Below are positions 51,808 to 64,000 of a stretch of 64,000 bases of DNA, one piece after another. The notes below the pieces were generated by a model. The model saw only the letters and a list, made by a program, of their open reading frames with translations, did no database searches and was not told the origin of the DNA. The stretch covers positions 310,001 to 374,000 of the forward strand of contig JBODTK010000145.1 in the NCBI GenBank assembly GCA_050613775.1, read 5' to 3'. Both the position numbers and the translations under genes were made by a program. This DNA is from Neocallimastix sp. 'constans'. Taxonomy: Eukaryota. Within the stretch, counting starts at the first letter, position 1, and each line of letters begins with the position of its first letter.

Positions 51808-53877
51808 TTAAAAACAGACACCATAGTCTTCTTGACATCCATAGCCACAGTGTTCTGGACTATCATCACAGTAACCATATTCACTACAACAAAGATTGTC
51901 ACCACAAACAGTTCCAAATTCTTCTCCACATCTACCATCAGTAGAAATTGGTTTTTCGTTGGTAGTAGGAATTACTTTTTTAGTGGTGGTAACTTCATCA
52001 ACTGTTCTATCACTATCACAAATACCATAACCAACTTGACATCCATAACCACAGTGTGCTGGACTATCATCACAGTAACCATATTCACTACAACAAAGAT
52101 TGTCACCACAAACAGTTCCAAATTCTTTTCCACATCTACCATCAGTAGAAATTGGATTTTTGTTGATAGTAGGAATTACTTTTCTAGTGGTGGTAACTTC
52201 ATCAATTGTTCTATCACTGTCACAAATACCATAGCCAATTTGGCATCCATAGCCACAGTGTGCTGGACTATCATCACAGTAACCATATTTACTACAACAA
52301 AGGTTGTCACCACAAACAGTTCCAAATTCTTTTCCACATCTACCATCAGTAGAAATTGGATTTTTGTTGATAGTAGGAATAACTTTTTTAGTGGTGGTAA
52401 CTTCATCAACTGTTCTATCACTATCACAAATACCATAGCCAACTTGACATCCATAACCACAGTGTGCTGGACTGTCATCACAGTAACCATATTCACTACA
52501 ACAAAGATTGTCACCACAAACAGTTCCAAATTCTTTTCCACATCTACCATCAGTAGAAATTGGATTTTTGTTGATAGTAGGAATAACTTTTTTAGTGGTG
52601 GTAACTTCATCAACTGTTCTATCACTGTCACAAATACCATAACCAACTTGACATCCATAACCACAGTGTGCTGGACTATCATCACAGTAACCATATTCAC
52701 TACAGCAAAGGTTATCACCACAAACAGTTCCAAATTCTTCTCCACATCTACCATCAGTAGAAATTGGTTTACTGATGATTGTAGGAGTTGTTGGCTTCTC
52801 AGAAGTAGTCGTAGTGGTAGTAGTAGTAGTTGGTTTCTTAGAAGTAGTGGTAGTAGTGGTAGTAGTGGTGGTGGTAGTTGTAGTAGTTGATTTCTTAGAA
52901 GTAGTAGTAGTAGTAGTAGTAGTTGGTTTCTTAGAAGTAGTAGTGGTAGTAGTAGTAGTAGTGGTGGTGGTGGTAGTAGTGGTAGTAGTGGTAGTAGTGG
53001 TAGTAGTTGGTTTCTTAGAAGTAGTAGTAGTAGTAGTAGTGGTAGTAGTTGGTTTCTTAGAAGTAGTAGTAGTAGTAGTAGTGGTAGTAGTTGGTTTCTT
53101 AGAAGTAGTAGTAGTAGTGGTAGTTGTGGTAGTCTTTTTTGGAGTAGTTACTACCTTTTTTGGAGTGGTAGTAGTAGTGGTGGTGGTAGTCTTTTTTGGA
53201 GTAGTTACTACCTTTTTTGGAGTGGTAGTAGTAGTGGTGGTAGTAGTCTTTTTTGAGGTAGTTACCACCTTTTTTGAAGTGGTAGTGGTAGTAGTCATTT
53301 TTTTAGGTGTAGTTTGTTTCGGAGTAGTTTTTTTAGGTGTAGTTTGTTTAGGTGTAGTTTTTTTAAGTGTAGTTTGTTTAGGTGTAGTTTTTTTTGGAGT
53401 AGTTTGTTTAGGTGTAGTTTTTTTTGGAGTAGTTTGTTTAGGTGTAGTTTTTTTTAGAGTTGTTTGTTTTGGAGTAGTTTTTTTTGGTGTAGTTTTTTTT
53501 GGAGTTGTTTTTTTTGGTGTAGTTTTTTTAGAAGTGGTACTTGTTTTCTTTTTAGTTGTGGTAGAACCACATTTTTCTTCAAGATCTTCCATATATAAAC
53601 TAATCATACTCTGATAGAACTGAATAGTTTCTTCATCTAATAATCTACATTTTGAATATTCTGTAATACCATTTTGATAAATACGTTGACAAACTTTGTT
53701 ATTGTAACCATTACAAAGAACTTTTTCATTTTCTATATTTAATTTAATGGAATAAGCTGGACAACCATTACGTTCAATTTGTTCTAAACAATCACTTAGT
53801 TTCCTTTCCTCATCACTTATTTCACCTAGAGCGGTTATAGCAATAAATAAAGTTGAAAGAATCTTACTGAATCTCAT
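51808..53877 (-). CDS. Secreted chitin-binding protein: signal peptide, Cys-rich N-domain, KKTTP/Thr-rich stalk, five CBM18 domains
   Basis: MRFSKILSTLFIAITALG signal; five STDGRCG.EFGTVCGDNLCCS.YGYC...CGYGCQ..YG.C repeats; paralog of 45465-47291. Confidence 0.93.
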   Translation of the reverse strand: MRFSKILSTLFIAITALGEISDEERKLSDCLEQIERNGCPAYSIKLNIENEKVLCNGYNNKVCQRIYQNGITEYSKCRLLDEETIQFYQSMISLYMEDLEEKCGSTTTKKKTSTTSKKTTPKKTTPKKTTPKKTTPKQTTLKKTTPKQTTPKKTTPKQTTPKKTTPKQTTLKKTTPKQTTPKKTTPKQTTPKKMTTTTTTSKKVVTTSKKTTTTTTTTTPKKVVTTPKKTTTTTTTTTPKKVVTTPKKTTTTTTTTTTSKKPTTTTTTTTTTSKKPTTTTTTTTTTSKKPTTTTTTTTTTTTTTTTTTTTTTTTSKKPTTTTTTTTSKKSTTTTTTTTTTTTTTTSKKPTTTTTTTTTSEKPTTPTIISKPISTDGRCGEEFGTVCGDNLCCSEYGYCDDSPAHCGYGCQVGYGICDSDRTVDEVTTTKKVIPTINKNPISTDGRCGKEFGTVCGDNLCCSEYGYCDDSPAHCGYGCQVGYGICDSDRTVDEVTTTKKVIPTINKNPISTDGRCGKEFGTVCGDNLCCSKYGYCDDSPAHCGYGCQIGYGICDSDRTIDEVTTTRKVIPTINKNPISTDGRCGKEFGTVCGDNLCCSEYGYCDDSPAHCGYGCQVGYGICDSDRTVDEVTTTKKVIPTTNEKPISTDGRCGEEFGTVCGDNLCCSEYGYCDDSPEHCGYGCQEDYGVCF

Positions 53878-55402
53878 TTCGATTTTTTTTTTTTTTTTTT
53901 ATAAAAATGAAATTTAATTCTTAGAAATGATAGTTATTGATATTATGTTCTGTTTTCTTATTTTTTTTTTTTTTTATTTTAAAAAAAAAATAATAATAAA
54001 TTTAAGTTTATTAAATATTTCCAGATTTGATATATATATATATATAGATATATAATATATATATATTTTTTTTATTTTTTTTTTTAAAAAAAATTAAAAT
54101 TTTTTGAATATTTATTCCTTTTATATGTCTTTTTTTTTTTTTTCATCATTATTTTTATAATTATTTTTCAATACAAAAATTAATTTTTTTTATTTGAAAA
54201 ATAAACATTCTAACAGAAATTAAAAAGAAAAAAAAAATAAAGTATTTCTATAAATGGATAACTTATAATAAAACTGTATATATCTATATAGATTATACAT
54301 AAAAAAAGAAAAAAAGAAACAAGGAATATTCTATAAACATATTCTTTTTAGTTTCCAATTTTGTTTAAATTATGTAACTTTAAATATATAATTTTTATTT
54401 AATTTATTATTTATTTATTATTTATTTATTATTTATTTATTTATTATTTATTTATTTATTTATTATTTATTTATTATTTATTTATTTATTATTTATTTAT
54501 TATTATGAATTTGAATTGTCAATCACTTTGTATATATAGAAATTATTCTTTTTAAAACTTCTTTAATTCTTTTATAATCTATTTATATATATAATTTATA
54601 ATTTATAATATATAATATATAATATAATATATAATATTTACATATTTACATTTTCTAAATTATTTTTTTTTTTTTTTAGAATCAAAAATTAATATATTGA
54701 CGTTAAAGACATCATTGTATACATATATTAAAGTTAAATTCTAATTAATAATAAAATTCATTATTTAAAAAAAAATAGAAAATAGAAAATCAAACAAAAA
54801 TTGGATTATTTCATTAATAAGAAAAAAGAAATAATTATTAAGAAATATTAATAATTAATAATTAATAGGAAATTAGATATTGATTATAATAAAAAAAAAA
54901 AAAAAAAAGAATTAAATATTAAATATTAAATAAAAAATATTTAATAATAAATAATAAATATAAAAACATTAAATATAAAAAATTAAATACTATATTTAAT
55001 AAAAAAAAAAAAAAAAAGAATTAAATATTAAATATTAAATAAAAAATATTTAATAATAAATAATTAATAATTAATAATAGATAATAAATAATAATAAATA
55101 AATAATAGATATTAAATAATAAAATAAATTTTAATATTAAATATAAGTTTTGTAATAGTGATATAATATTCAATTCAAGAATAATATTTAATAATAAGAA
55201 GCAATTATTACACTATTAAATAGTCTAATAAAACTCTTTTTTTTTTTTACTTAATCTATAAAAAAAAAAAAAAAAAATACATTTTTTTTCACTTGACAAT
55301 TGTGATCACTTTAATAAAGCATTTTTATCATACCAATTTGAGTTTAGACAGTTCCTGGACCTAAGGACTTTTGTGTTCTAAATTTTTATTTGGTTAGTTT
55401 TC

Positions 55403-55463
<61 letters not shown>

Positions 55464-56268
55464 TAATAAACATGTTATAAATATAGTAATAAAAAAATTT
55501 TTTTAATAATTAATAAAACAAAATCTTTAATGTACGAAAAATTTTAAAGTATTAAAAGTCTACAATAACCTATTTTAGATATATATATAGCATAATAATC
55601 ATATTAAACAATAATAATAATAATTTTGATTAATAGTATCTACCTATGAAATTATAATTATAATAAAAAAAAACTAAAAAGAAGAAGAAAAAGATAAAAA
55701 ATATCATTATATTTATTTATCTATTTATCTATAGTCTTAAATATTATTACTCTTTTAATATTTTATATATATAACCTTTATTTCATTATTGAATTTTGAT
55801 AAAAATAAAATTTGATTTTACTTTTTACAATATATTACTATTAAATTCTACAAAAAATCTCTATCGCATTTATTATTACTATATATTTAATAAATAATAG
55901 GAAAAAAAAAATTTTTTTTATTTAGTATTTCCTTTATATATAATGATTCATACATAAGAGAAAAAATAACAATTTTAATAACAATTGTTTTTTATAAAAT
56001 AATAATAATAATAAAAAAAGTTAAAAAATAGAAATAATGCTAATTAATAATTAGCACATATCTATTAGTAATAATGCTTTCTAATGTTTATTTAAATATT
56101 CAAATATTTTCAATGATTATTATTTATTATTACAAGTAGATAGATTTGAAAAGATCTTTTTTTTTTTTTTTACCATAAAATAATTCTACAAATATATATA
56201 TATAAATATTCAAATATTAAAAAAGGCTTCTTTTTTAAGTAGTATAATTCTGAATAGTACTAGAAAAA

Positions 56269-56300
<32 letters not shown>

Positions 56301-57063
56301 TTTTTTAAAATTAAAAATAAAATTTAAATTAAAAGTTGTGTTTAAATTTTGATTTTAATTTAAATTTTTTATAATTAATTCAGAAATCTTAAAATGGTTT
56401 GATTATAAAATGTGTGGTACAATTTTTCTAATAAAAAAAAAATTTTTTTTTTTTGGTATTTATTTATTATACATACTATAATTATACATAAAATTATATA
56501 TCATCATCATCATCATATCATCATATTTTACGAAATCTTTTTTTTTTTTTTTTTCCTTAAAAAAAAATTATTTATTATTACTAAATATGTATCGATTCAT
56601 TCTTTGTGTTTCTTTTTTTTTTTTTTACAACTTTCAAAATTGTACTACAAAAATGGTTAAATTCTTTAATTATACATTTTAATTTATTATTTTAACAAAT
56701 ATGTATTTCTATCTTGTACAAGAATGAAATATCTTAAAATATAAATTACTTAATTATAACTTTAAATATATTATGAAAATATATTATATACTATAATTTT
56801 TTTTTTATTTACTTTAAAAAATATAGATAGTACATACTTTATTTTTGGTAAAAATTACTATAGAAATTGTTTCTATTTTAATTTTTAATTATTAATTTAA
56901 TAATAAAAACTTTTTTTTTTTATTTTTAGTTTTACTTTATTATTTTTACTTACAAATATATAATTAAAAATATTAGTATATCAATAGTGATATCTATATT
57001 TATTTATTTATTTTTTTTTTTAAAATAAAATGAAAATAAGTAAATATAATACTATTTGTTAAT

Positions 57064-58358
57064 TTAATATTTTTCTAATTTTTTTCTTTTAATCTTTAAT
57101 TCAAGAGAGTACACGAATAAGGAAATCACATTAGTAATATCTGTCCAAAGAAAAATAATTATATAGTTTTTGCTATGATAATAGTTATCACTCTTCCAAT
57201 AAATATATTTAATTTCTTTGACTCCATAGTACATTGGAAAGGCTTTTCCAATTTTAAAAAAAGTCATGTTGAATATCAATGTCCACAAGACCACTACTAG
57301 AGAGTAATTGTAGAAACGTAAAAGTAATAACAATAAAATAAAAAAAAAAAAAAATGAAAGGAAGAAATTGAATTAATAAATTATTAATCCTAAGTCCACT
57401 TTAAAAGAGAAGAATATTACAAACCCAAGGAAAGCCCAGTAACCTTTTTGAATTTCAAATTTATCCCCATAGAAGAACTGTGTTACCGAACAAATTATAT
57501 CAATAAGAATTGTAATAGTACTAAAGAAAATTTTTTTAGCAATTACAATATCTTAAGAATTGGATGCTTAGTATTCTTTTTAAGAAGCCAATATTTTTCA
57601 TATTGGAAATGATAGTAAGAGATAACAGAAGTAGCAATGGTAACAATGCAAAGAATTGATAAGAAAATAACAGTAATAAAACTTCGACCGAAACCAGAAA
57701 TTGGATGAATATTAATATCTTTGTACTTAATACCATTCATAAGAAGCAAAGAATTAAATTTACCTTGATTATTTAAATTTCATAAGTAATATGTGGAATC
57801 TCTTTCCGTAATATTAAAGACTTTCTTAGTTTACTTGATAGTTGTAAATCTTCTAACTTCATCATAAATAAATTCGACATTAACCAGAACTTAAGAATAT
57901 TTATTAATTGCGTTTAAGTTCATAAAAATGCCAGAAGTGAAATTTTTCTGGAATGTAAAGAGTAGTTCAATAATCATGACTTTCAATCCTATCTAAAACA
58001 TTTGTCTATCCCTTTTAATTAAAGTAAAACGACTATCTTTACCATCAAATAAACTGTAATAATTACCAATATTTATTTTTTTATTCATTCCCATTTCAGT
58101 ACAATTGAAGTATAACAACCTTTATCATTATTTACAATAATATAATTTAATTCCATGACCTTTTTAATTGGATTCCAGATCCCTCCAATATAAAAGATAC
58201 TTATTATTAATGAGATGAGAGTAATAATAATACCGAATAATATTTTTTTTTCCTTTTTTTGAATAATTTGATAAAATTTTCCATCATCAATAATAATAAA
58301 TGGATAACCGTTTTCTGAAGGATCAATTAATTTATTTTTATTTTTTATTTTATTTTTA

Positions 58359-58389
<31 letters not shown>

Positions 58390-58439
58390 TTTATTTTTAT
58401 TTTTATTATGTCATACATGATCATTTATAGGTTAGACAT
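57064..58439 (-). pseudogene. Intronless pseudogene paralog of the YhgE/Pip-like gene at 60950-62545
   Basis: Fragments FYIGGIWNPIKK, YDEVRRFTT, IHPI..FG, FFKIGKAFPMYYGVKEIKYIY, LELKIKRKK align by eye to the neighbour; many stops and frameshifts. Confidence 0.85.
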
Positions 58440-58786
58440 TTATTAATTACTAATATGTCAAATTTTAAATTTTTTCTGATATAAAAGCATAGAAATTAAG
58501 TTTATTTTATTTTCAAGATAAGATTTTTATTACTTTTATTTAATTATCTATTTCTTTATTCATATTTATTTATTATTTATTATTATTATTTATTATTTAT
58601 TTATTATTATTATTATTATTGTAAATTAATATTTAGTATTGTTATTACTTAGAATAATTTCAATTTATGTTTTTTTTTATGTAATAATTAAATATTAAAT
58701 ATTATATAATAAATCGTAAATTTTGGACACATTTAATAATATATTCTGAGCTTAACTAGGATAGAACTTATGTGTATATCAAATCC

Positions 58787-58870
58787 TTAATGTGAAATTT
58801 CTTTTATTTCATTAATATCATTGTTAATTTTTGATATTTATTAATGAAATAAAAGAATTTTTCACGTTAA
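58787..58870. repeat. 84-nt near-perfect inverted repeat (hairpin)
   Basis: TTAATGTGAAA.TTCTTTTATTTCATTAATA...TATTAATGAAATAAAAGAA..TTTCACGTTAA. Confidence 0.6.
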
Positions 58871-59228
58871 ACTTTTTATACTTTATAAAAAAAAATATTT
58901 ATGTTTTTTTCATATTTTTTTTTTTTTTTTTTATTTTTGAAATATAATATTTTTAATATTGTATTATTTTTATTTTGTTTTATTATATTTTATTGTTTAT
59001 CTTCATTTTTTTTTTTTTTACTTTTTTACTAAATAATACTAATAATTTAATAGTACCATTAATACATTAATATAAAACTAACAATATTTAATATATATAT
59101 ATATATATATCATATTATTTCTTAATGTTACAGTTTAATATTTCATTATTTAATATTAAAAGGGTTAGGACTTTGAGTAAAAAAAGTTTAAAGTTATAAC
59201 ATATTATGTTTAATAAATTAAAGTTAAA

Positions 59229-59275
<47 letters not shown>

Positions 59276-59379
59276 CAATTTTTAAAAATTTTCATATGAA
59301 AATTATTTGATAAAAAGTTTAATAAAAAATAAAAAATATAATATGAAAAGAAAAATATTTATATTAACATGTTAAATTT

Positions 59380-59417
<38 letters not shown>

Positions 59418-59992
59418 AATAATATTTATTAAATTTAAAAAAGCATCAACAAAACAAAAACAACAGATTCATACTATATAATACTTTATGCATATTAAAG
59501 AAATTTATATAATTTACCATCAGTAAAATATTTATATATAAAAAATAAATTTAAAGCAAAATAAAAAGGATATCCTATTAATTATAAAAATATCAAAATA
59601 TACATTTATATAAAAAATATTTTATAAATTATAATTAAATATAATTATATATATATAATCTCGTTTCATCAAAAAAATTTTATATATTATAATTTTTCAA
59701 AAAATAAAAAAATTTTCAGATCAATTATTACCAATAGATATTATTTATTTCTAGTCAAAAAAAAAAAAATAAATAAAAAAAAAAAATAGATATTATTATT
59801 AATTAAATTGTAAACTAATAAATAACCTCGTTTTTTAAATATGACTTATAATACTATTAAATTTTTTTCATTAAATATAATTGGGGAATATTTCATATTA
59901 TTAATAAATAAATTAATAATTTAAAAAGAAAAAAATAGTATCCAATAATATATATATATATATAGTAATTATAAATAATAGCTAAGATAAAG

Positions 59993-60036
<44 letters not shown>

Positions 60037-60851
60037 AAGTTACTTTCATTGAATTTTAATTGTTATTCACCGAAAGTATATGCTATCAATGATTGTACTA
60101 TAAAAGTAATATATATAATTTAGTTTTGTTCCTTTTATATTATATTTAAATATATATTATTGAAAAATAAAAATTAAAAATAAAAATTATAGAAATAAAA
60201 AAATATATATTGAGGTGCTAGAGATAAAACGTTGAGTTTACAGTTGTAAAAGCAGAATTTCTTATAAAATGACTTAAAAAATTATGTTATTTTTTTAATT
60301 TTTTTTTTTTTTTTTTTTTATTTTTTTTTTTTAATATATTATTTCCTTCATTTGACACATTGTACCATTACCATCAATATTTTTTACAAAAATATTATTA
60401 TATTATACTCATATCAAGATATAAATATGCATATATATATTTTTTATTAATTAAATTTACTTTTAAATTTTATTAATAGAAAAAAAAAAAAAATGAATAA
60501 TTTAATTTATATTTTCTATTTATTTATTTATTTATGAAACAATATGTATTATTTTTAATACTTATGGTTGAGATTTTTTTTTTTTTTAATGATGAACTAT
60601 AATTATAAAAAAATAAAAAAAAAAAAAGAGTTTATTATAGATATATATTTTTTATAAAAACTATTATTAGTATGATTATTATTATTATTATTAGTTTATC
60701 ATTTGTAAAAAAAAAAAATAAACTTTTTTTTTGTAAAGATTATATATATATTAATAACAATAAAAAATAATAATAAATATTATTATTTCTTTATATTCTA
60801 GTTTTTTTTTTTTTATTTTGTTTATTATTTTTAATTAAATAATATTAAATA

Positions 60852-60904
<53 letters not shown>

Positions 60905-60949
60905 TTTTTGGTTTTGAATTGATAAAACTTCTTATTAATAAAGACTCTC

Positions 60950-62545
60950 TTATTTTGAATTTCTTTTTAAATACTTTGCTCTCTTTACTTTTAATTCAAG
61001 ATAGTACATGTAATATGAGGCACACAAAAATACGACAGTCCATGCAAGAATAATCAATATATTAGCAGCTTGGGTATGTTTGCCAGATCCAAAGTAAATA
61101 TATTTAATTTCTCTGGTGGCATAAAACATCGGTAATGCTTTACCAATCTTAAAGAAACTGTATTGAAGATCACGATGAATGACACCACCACAACTAATTA
61201 ATTGCAAAATCATAAAGGTACAAGCAACTAAGTAGAAGTTAATAAAGTGGAAAAGATGAACAAGAAGATTATTCACACCAATACCGCATAATGAAAAGAA
61301 GAAAAAGAAGAATAGGACAGAAGCAAATCCTTTTTTCATTGTTACCGTACCACAACATAATGGAATAATACTAATAATTAAGCAAATGACAAATAACAGT
61401 GAAACTGTGGCTACCGTTTTAGCACAAATGGTTTTAACAATGGCATGAGTTGCATCCTTTTTTTCTATCCAATGTCCTTCCAATGGGAATACAAAGTGTG
61501 TAATTAATGCAGTAGCAATAGTACCAATCCAAATTAAAATGAAGGAAACAAACGTACAGAAATATTGTCCATAAATTTCCACTGGATACAAATTATCATC
61601 TATATAAGTAATACCTTCTATGATAAAAGGTGGATTAAACGTTTTAGGCTCACCTGTTAATTTTGAAAGGCTTTGTAATTTTGTAATTAATTGTTCATGT
61701 AGTCCAGCTTGAAACTTTTCAAATGCTTTTTTAACAAAAGTTACCGTGGTAAAACTTCTTGCTTCATCATAAACTCTATAAACGACAACTTCAGTCTTCA
61801 TTCTATTGTTATTTAAATTTGCTAAAATACCAAAAGTAAAATTTTTTGGAACATGTAATGCCATCCAATATTTATGTTCTCTAACCAAATCTCTGGCATC
61901 ATTTATGGTACCATTCTTTTTAAATATAATTCATTTTTATTTTTATTTGTATATTTTTATATTTATTTATTAATTTAAATTTAAATATATATATTATATT
62001 TCATATAAAATAGATATCAAATATATTAAAGATGTATATAGTTTATATATTTATTAGTATTAAATTAATAATAATAATTATATTTACATACAAATATATA
62101 AAAATTTTTAAAATTTTCTATATATTTGAATTTAATAAAAATATATTATATATAAAATTTAACTTACAATGATTTCAAATTTTCCATATCCTTGTCCATT
62201 TAGTTTTTCATAACTATTACCTAAATTTTGACCAGTCATTAGTCCACATAGTTCTTGAATATTACAACCCACATCTTCATTAACAACAACATAATTTAAA
62301 TTATCCATTTTTTTAACTGGATTCCAAATACCACCAATATAGAACAAACCCATTAAAAATGAAAGTATTGGTATGATAAAAATAAATATTCCCATATGAA
62401 TCCATGGAAATTTTTTTTCTTGTTCTTTAACGATTTGATTTATTTTTGAATCTTCATTGAAATAAAATGGATTTTCTGTTGGTAAGGGGTCAACCTTATC
62501 ATACGAAATCATTTCTGATTGTACAGAAGTCCCTTCTTGTGCCAT
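60950..62545 (-). CDS. YhgE/Pip-like (DUF3533 / ABC-2-type) multipass membrane protein (~447 aa); exons 62545-62168 and 61915-60950
   Basis: N-terminal TM then YIGGIWNPVKKMDNLNYVVVNEDVG; YWMALHVPKNFT; five C-terminal TMs with LQLISCGG...KALPMFYA. The GT-AG intron 62167-61916 joins the two ORFs in phase 0. Confidence 0.8.
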
Positions 62546-63130
62546 TTTTTTTCTTCTCTCTTTATATGATTCCACAATAAAATTACTAAAATAATTTTGT
62601 TATTATAAAAAAAAAAAAAAAAAAAAAAAACTAAGTATATATATATATTATGATTTCATTATATATAATTATTTAATTGCAACACATATTATATATATAA
62701 TATATATAATAAAATATATATATATATTTCTTATTTATAATAATCATAAATAATTATTATAAAAATATAAAATATTGAATTACTAATATATTTAATATTT
62801 CATAAAAAAAAAATTGCATATTGAAACTTTTATATATACATGAATATATAATGTTATAATTTATTGAAATTTTGTAATTTTTCTATATATATTATTTAGA
62901 TTTACTCTTCAATTTTATTTTTTTTTTCTTTCAGAATTTAATACTTATTTATTTAATTTTTATTTTACTTTTTTATATTATAACCTACCTTTATTTATTT
63001 ATTTTATTTTTTATTTTTTATTTTTTTTTTTAAAGTATTATAATTAACAATTAAAAATTTATATTGTAGTGACACATATAATTTTAATTTTAATATAATA
63101 TTAATTTTTTTGAAGGTATATTTGTAAATG

Positions 63131-63166
<36 letters not shown>

Positions 63167-63921
63167 AAAAAAATAAAAAAAAATTTATATGGAATACTAA
63201 TTTTTTATTTTTTATAAAATATATATATATATAATATATAATTTGATAAAATAAAACGTGATATTTATAGTCTGTTATTAAAGTTTATTAAACCTATTTA
63301 ATAATATCTACCTTTTTTATAATATAAAAATTTATATTATCATTATTATTATAATTATAATCATCATTATTTTTATTATTTAATTTTGTTAATAATCGTG
63401 AATAATTATGAAATTGAAATTAAAAAAAGTGTAAATATAATATATAGTATATTATAAATGTTTAATGTAAATTCATTTATTAAATTCAATAATTAAATTT
63501 CTTTTAACATCTTTTATTATTACATTTAAAGTTTTCATTTTTAAAATTACAAAATTACAAAGATATAATTAAATCTCTACATATTGAATTAAGAAAAAAA
63601 AAAAAAAATTGATGTATTATATATAAACTTTATTTTATATTTAATCTTATATTTATTTAAGATTTAATTAATAAAAAAACATCAACAACAAAAAATAATA
63701 ATAAAACTTATATATATAAATGATTTAATATTATATAATTATGATTTAGTAAAATAATTATAAATATAATTAAAATAAAAATAAAAATAAATAGTTATAA
63801 ATTAATTATAAGATACTTTAGAAAAATATAGAATTATTTTCTTTAAAGAAAAATTAATTATTAATGTTAGTATTATTAAAAATCTATTAAATTTGATAAA
63901 AAAAAATACGAATAAAGAAGA

Positions 63922-63966
<45 letters not shown>

Positions 63967-64000
63967 TATGATGTTCTAAATTATATAATTAACAGTTTGA

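Noticed and set aside
54888..55065. Local ~70-bp direct duplication containing poly-A
   Set aside because: Low-complexity slippage product with no further structure.

Overview
Extremely AT-rich eukaryotic DNA with GT-AG introns, long homopolymers and microsatellites. The gene content (CBM18 arrays, ankyrin arrays, bacterial-like PI-PLC, Pip and PARG genes) suggests an anaerobic gut fungus (Neocallimastigomycota); this is inference. The window contains a complete, apparently young Ty3/Gypsy LTR retrotransposon (2210-10200, minus strand) with near-identical LTRs, a 4-bp TSD, a tRNA-Ala PBS and a UUUAAAC -1 frameshift signal. It is inserted about 12-15 bp upstream of a tRNA-like Pol III cassette. 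Its 1.4-kb leader holds a structured RNA module that recurs, with a compensatory change and the same topology, in an otherwise dissimilar copy at 422-610; this is the most novel signal in the window. Host genes are a microbial-type PARG (homopolymer frameshift), a 4-exon ABCA transporter, an ankyrin-repeat protein built by exon+intron duplication, a disrupted Cys-rich membrane protein, a PI-PLC/ricin pseudogene, two oppositely charged CBM18 mucin-like paralogs, and a YhgE/Pip-like membrane protein with an intronless pseudogene paralog. There is also a decayed LINE, a tRNA-derived SINE-like element and several satellites. All alignments, translations and RNA folds were done by eye.
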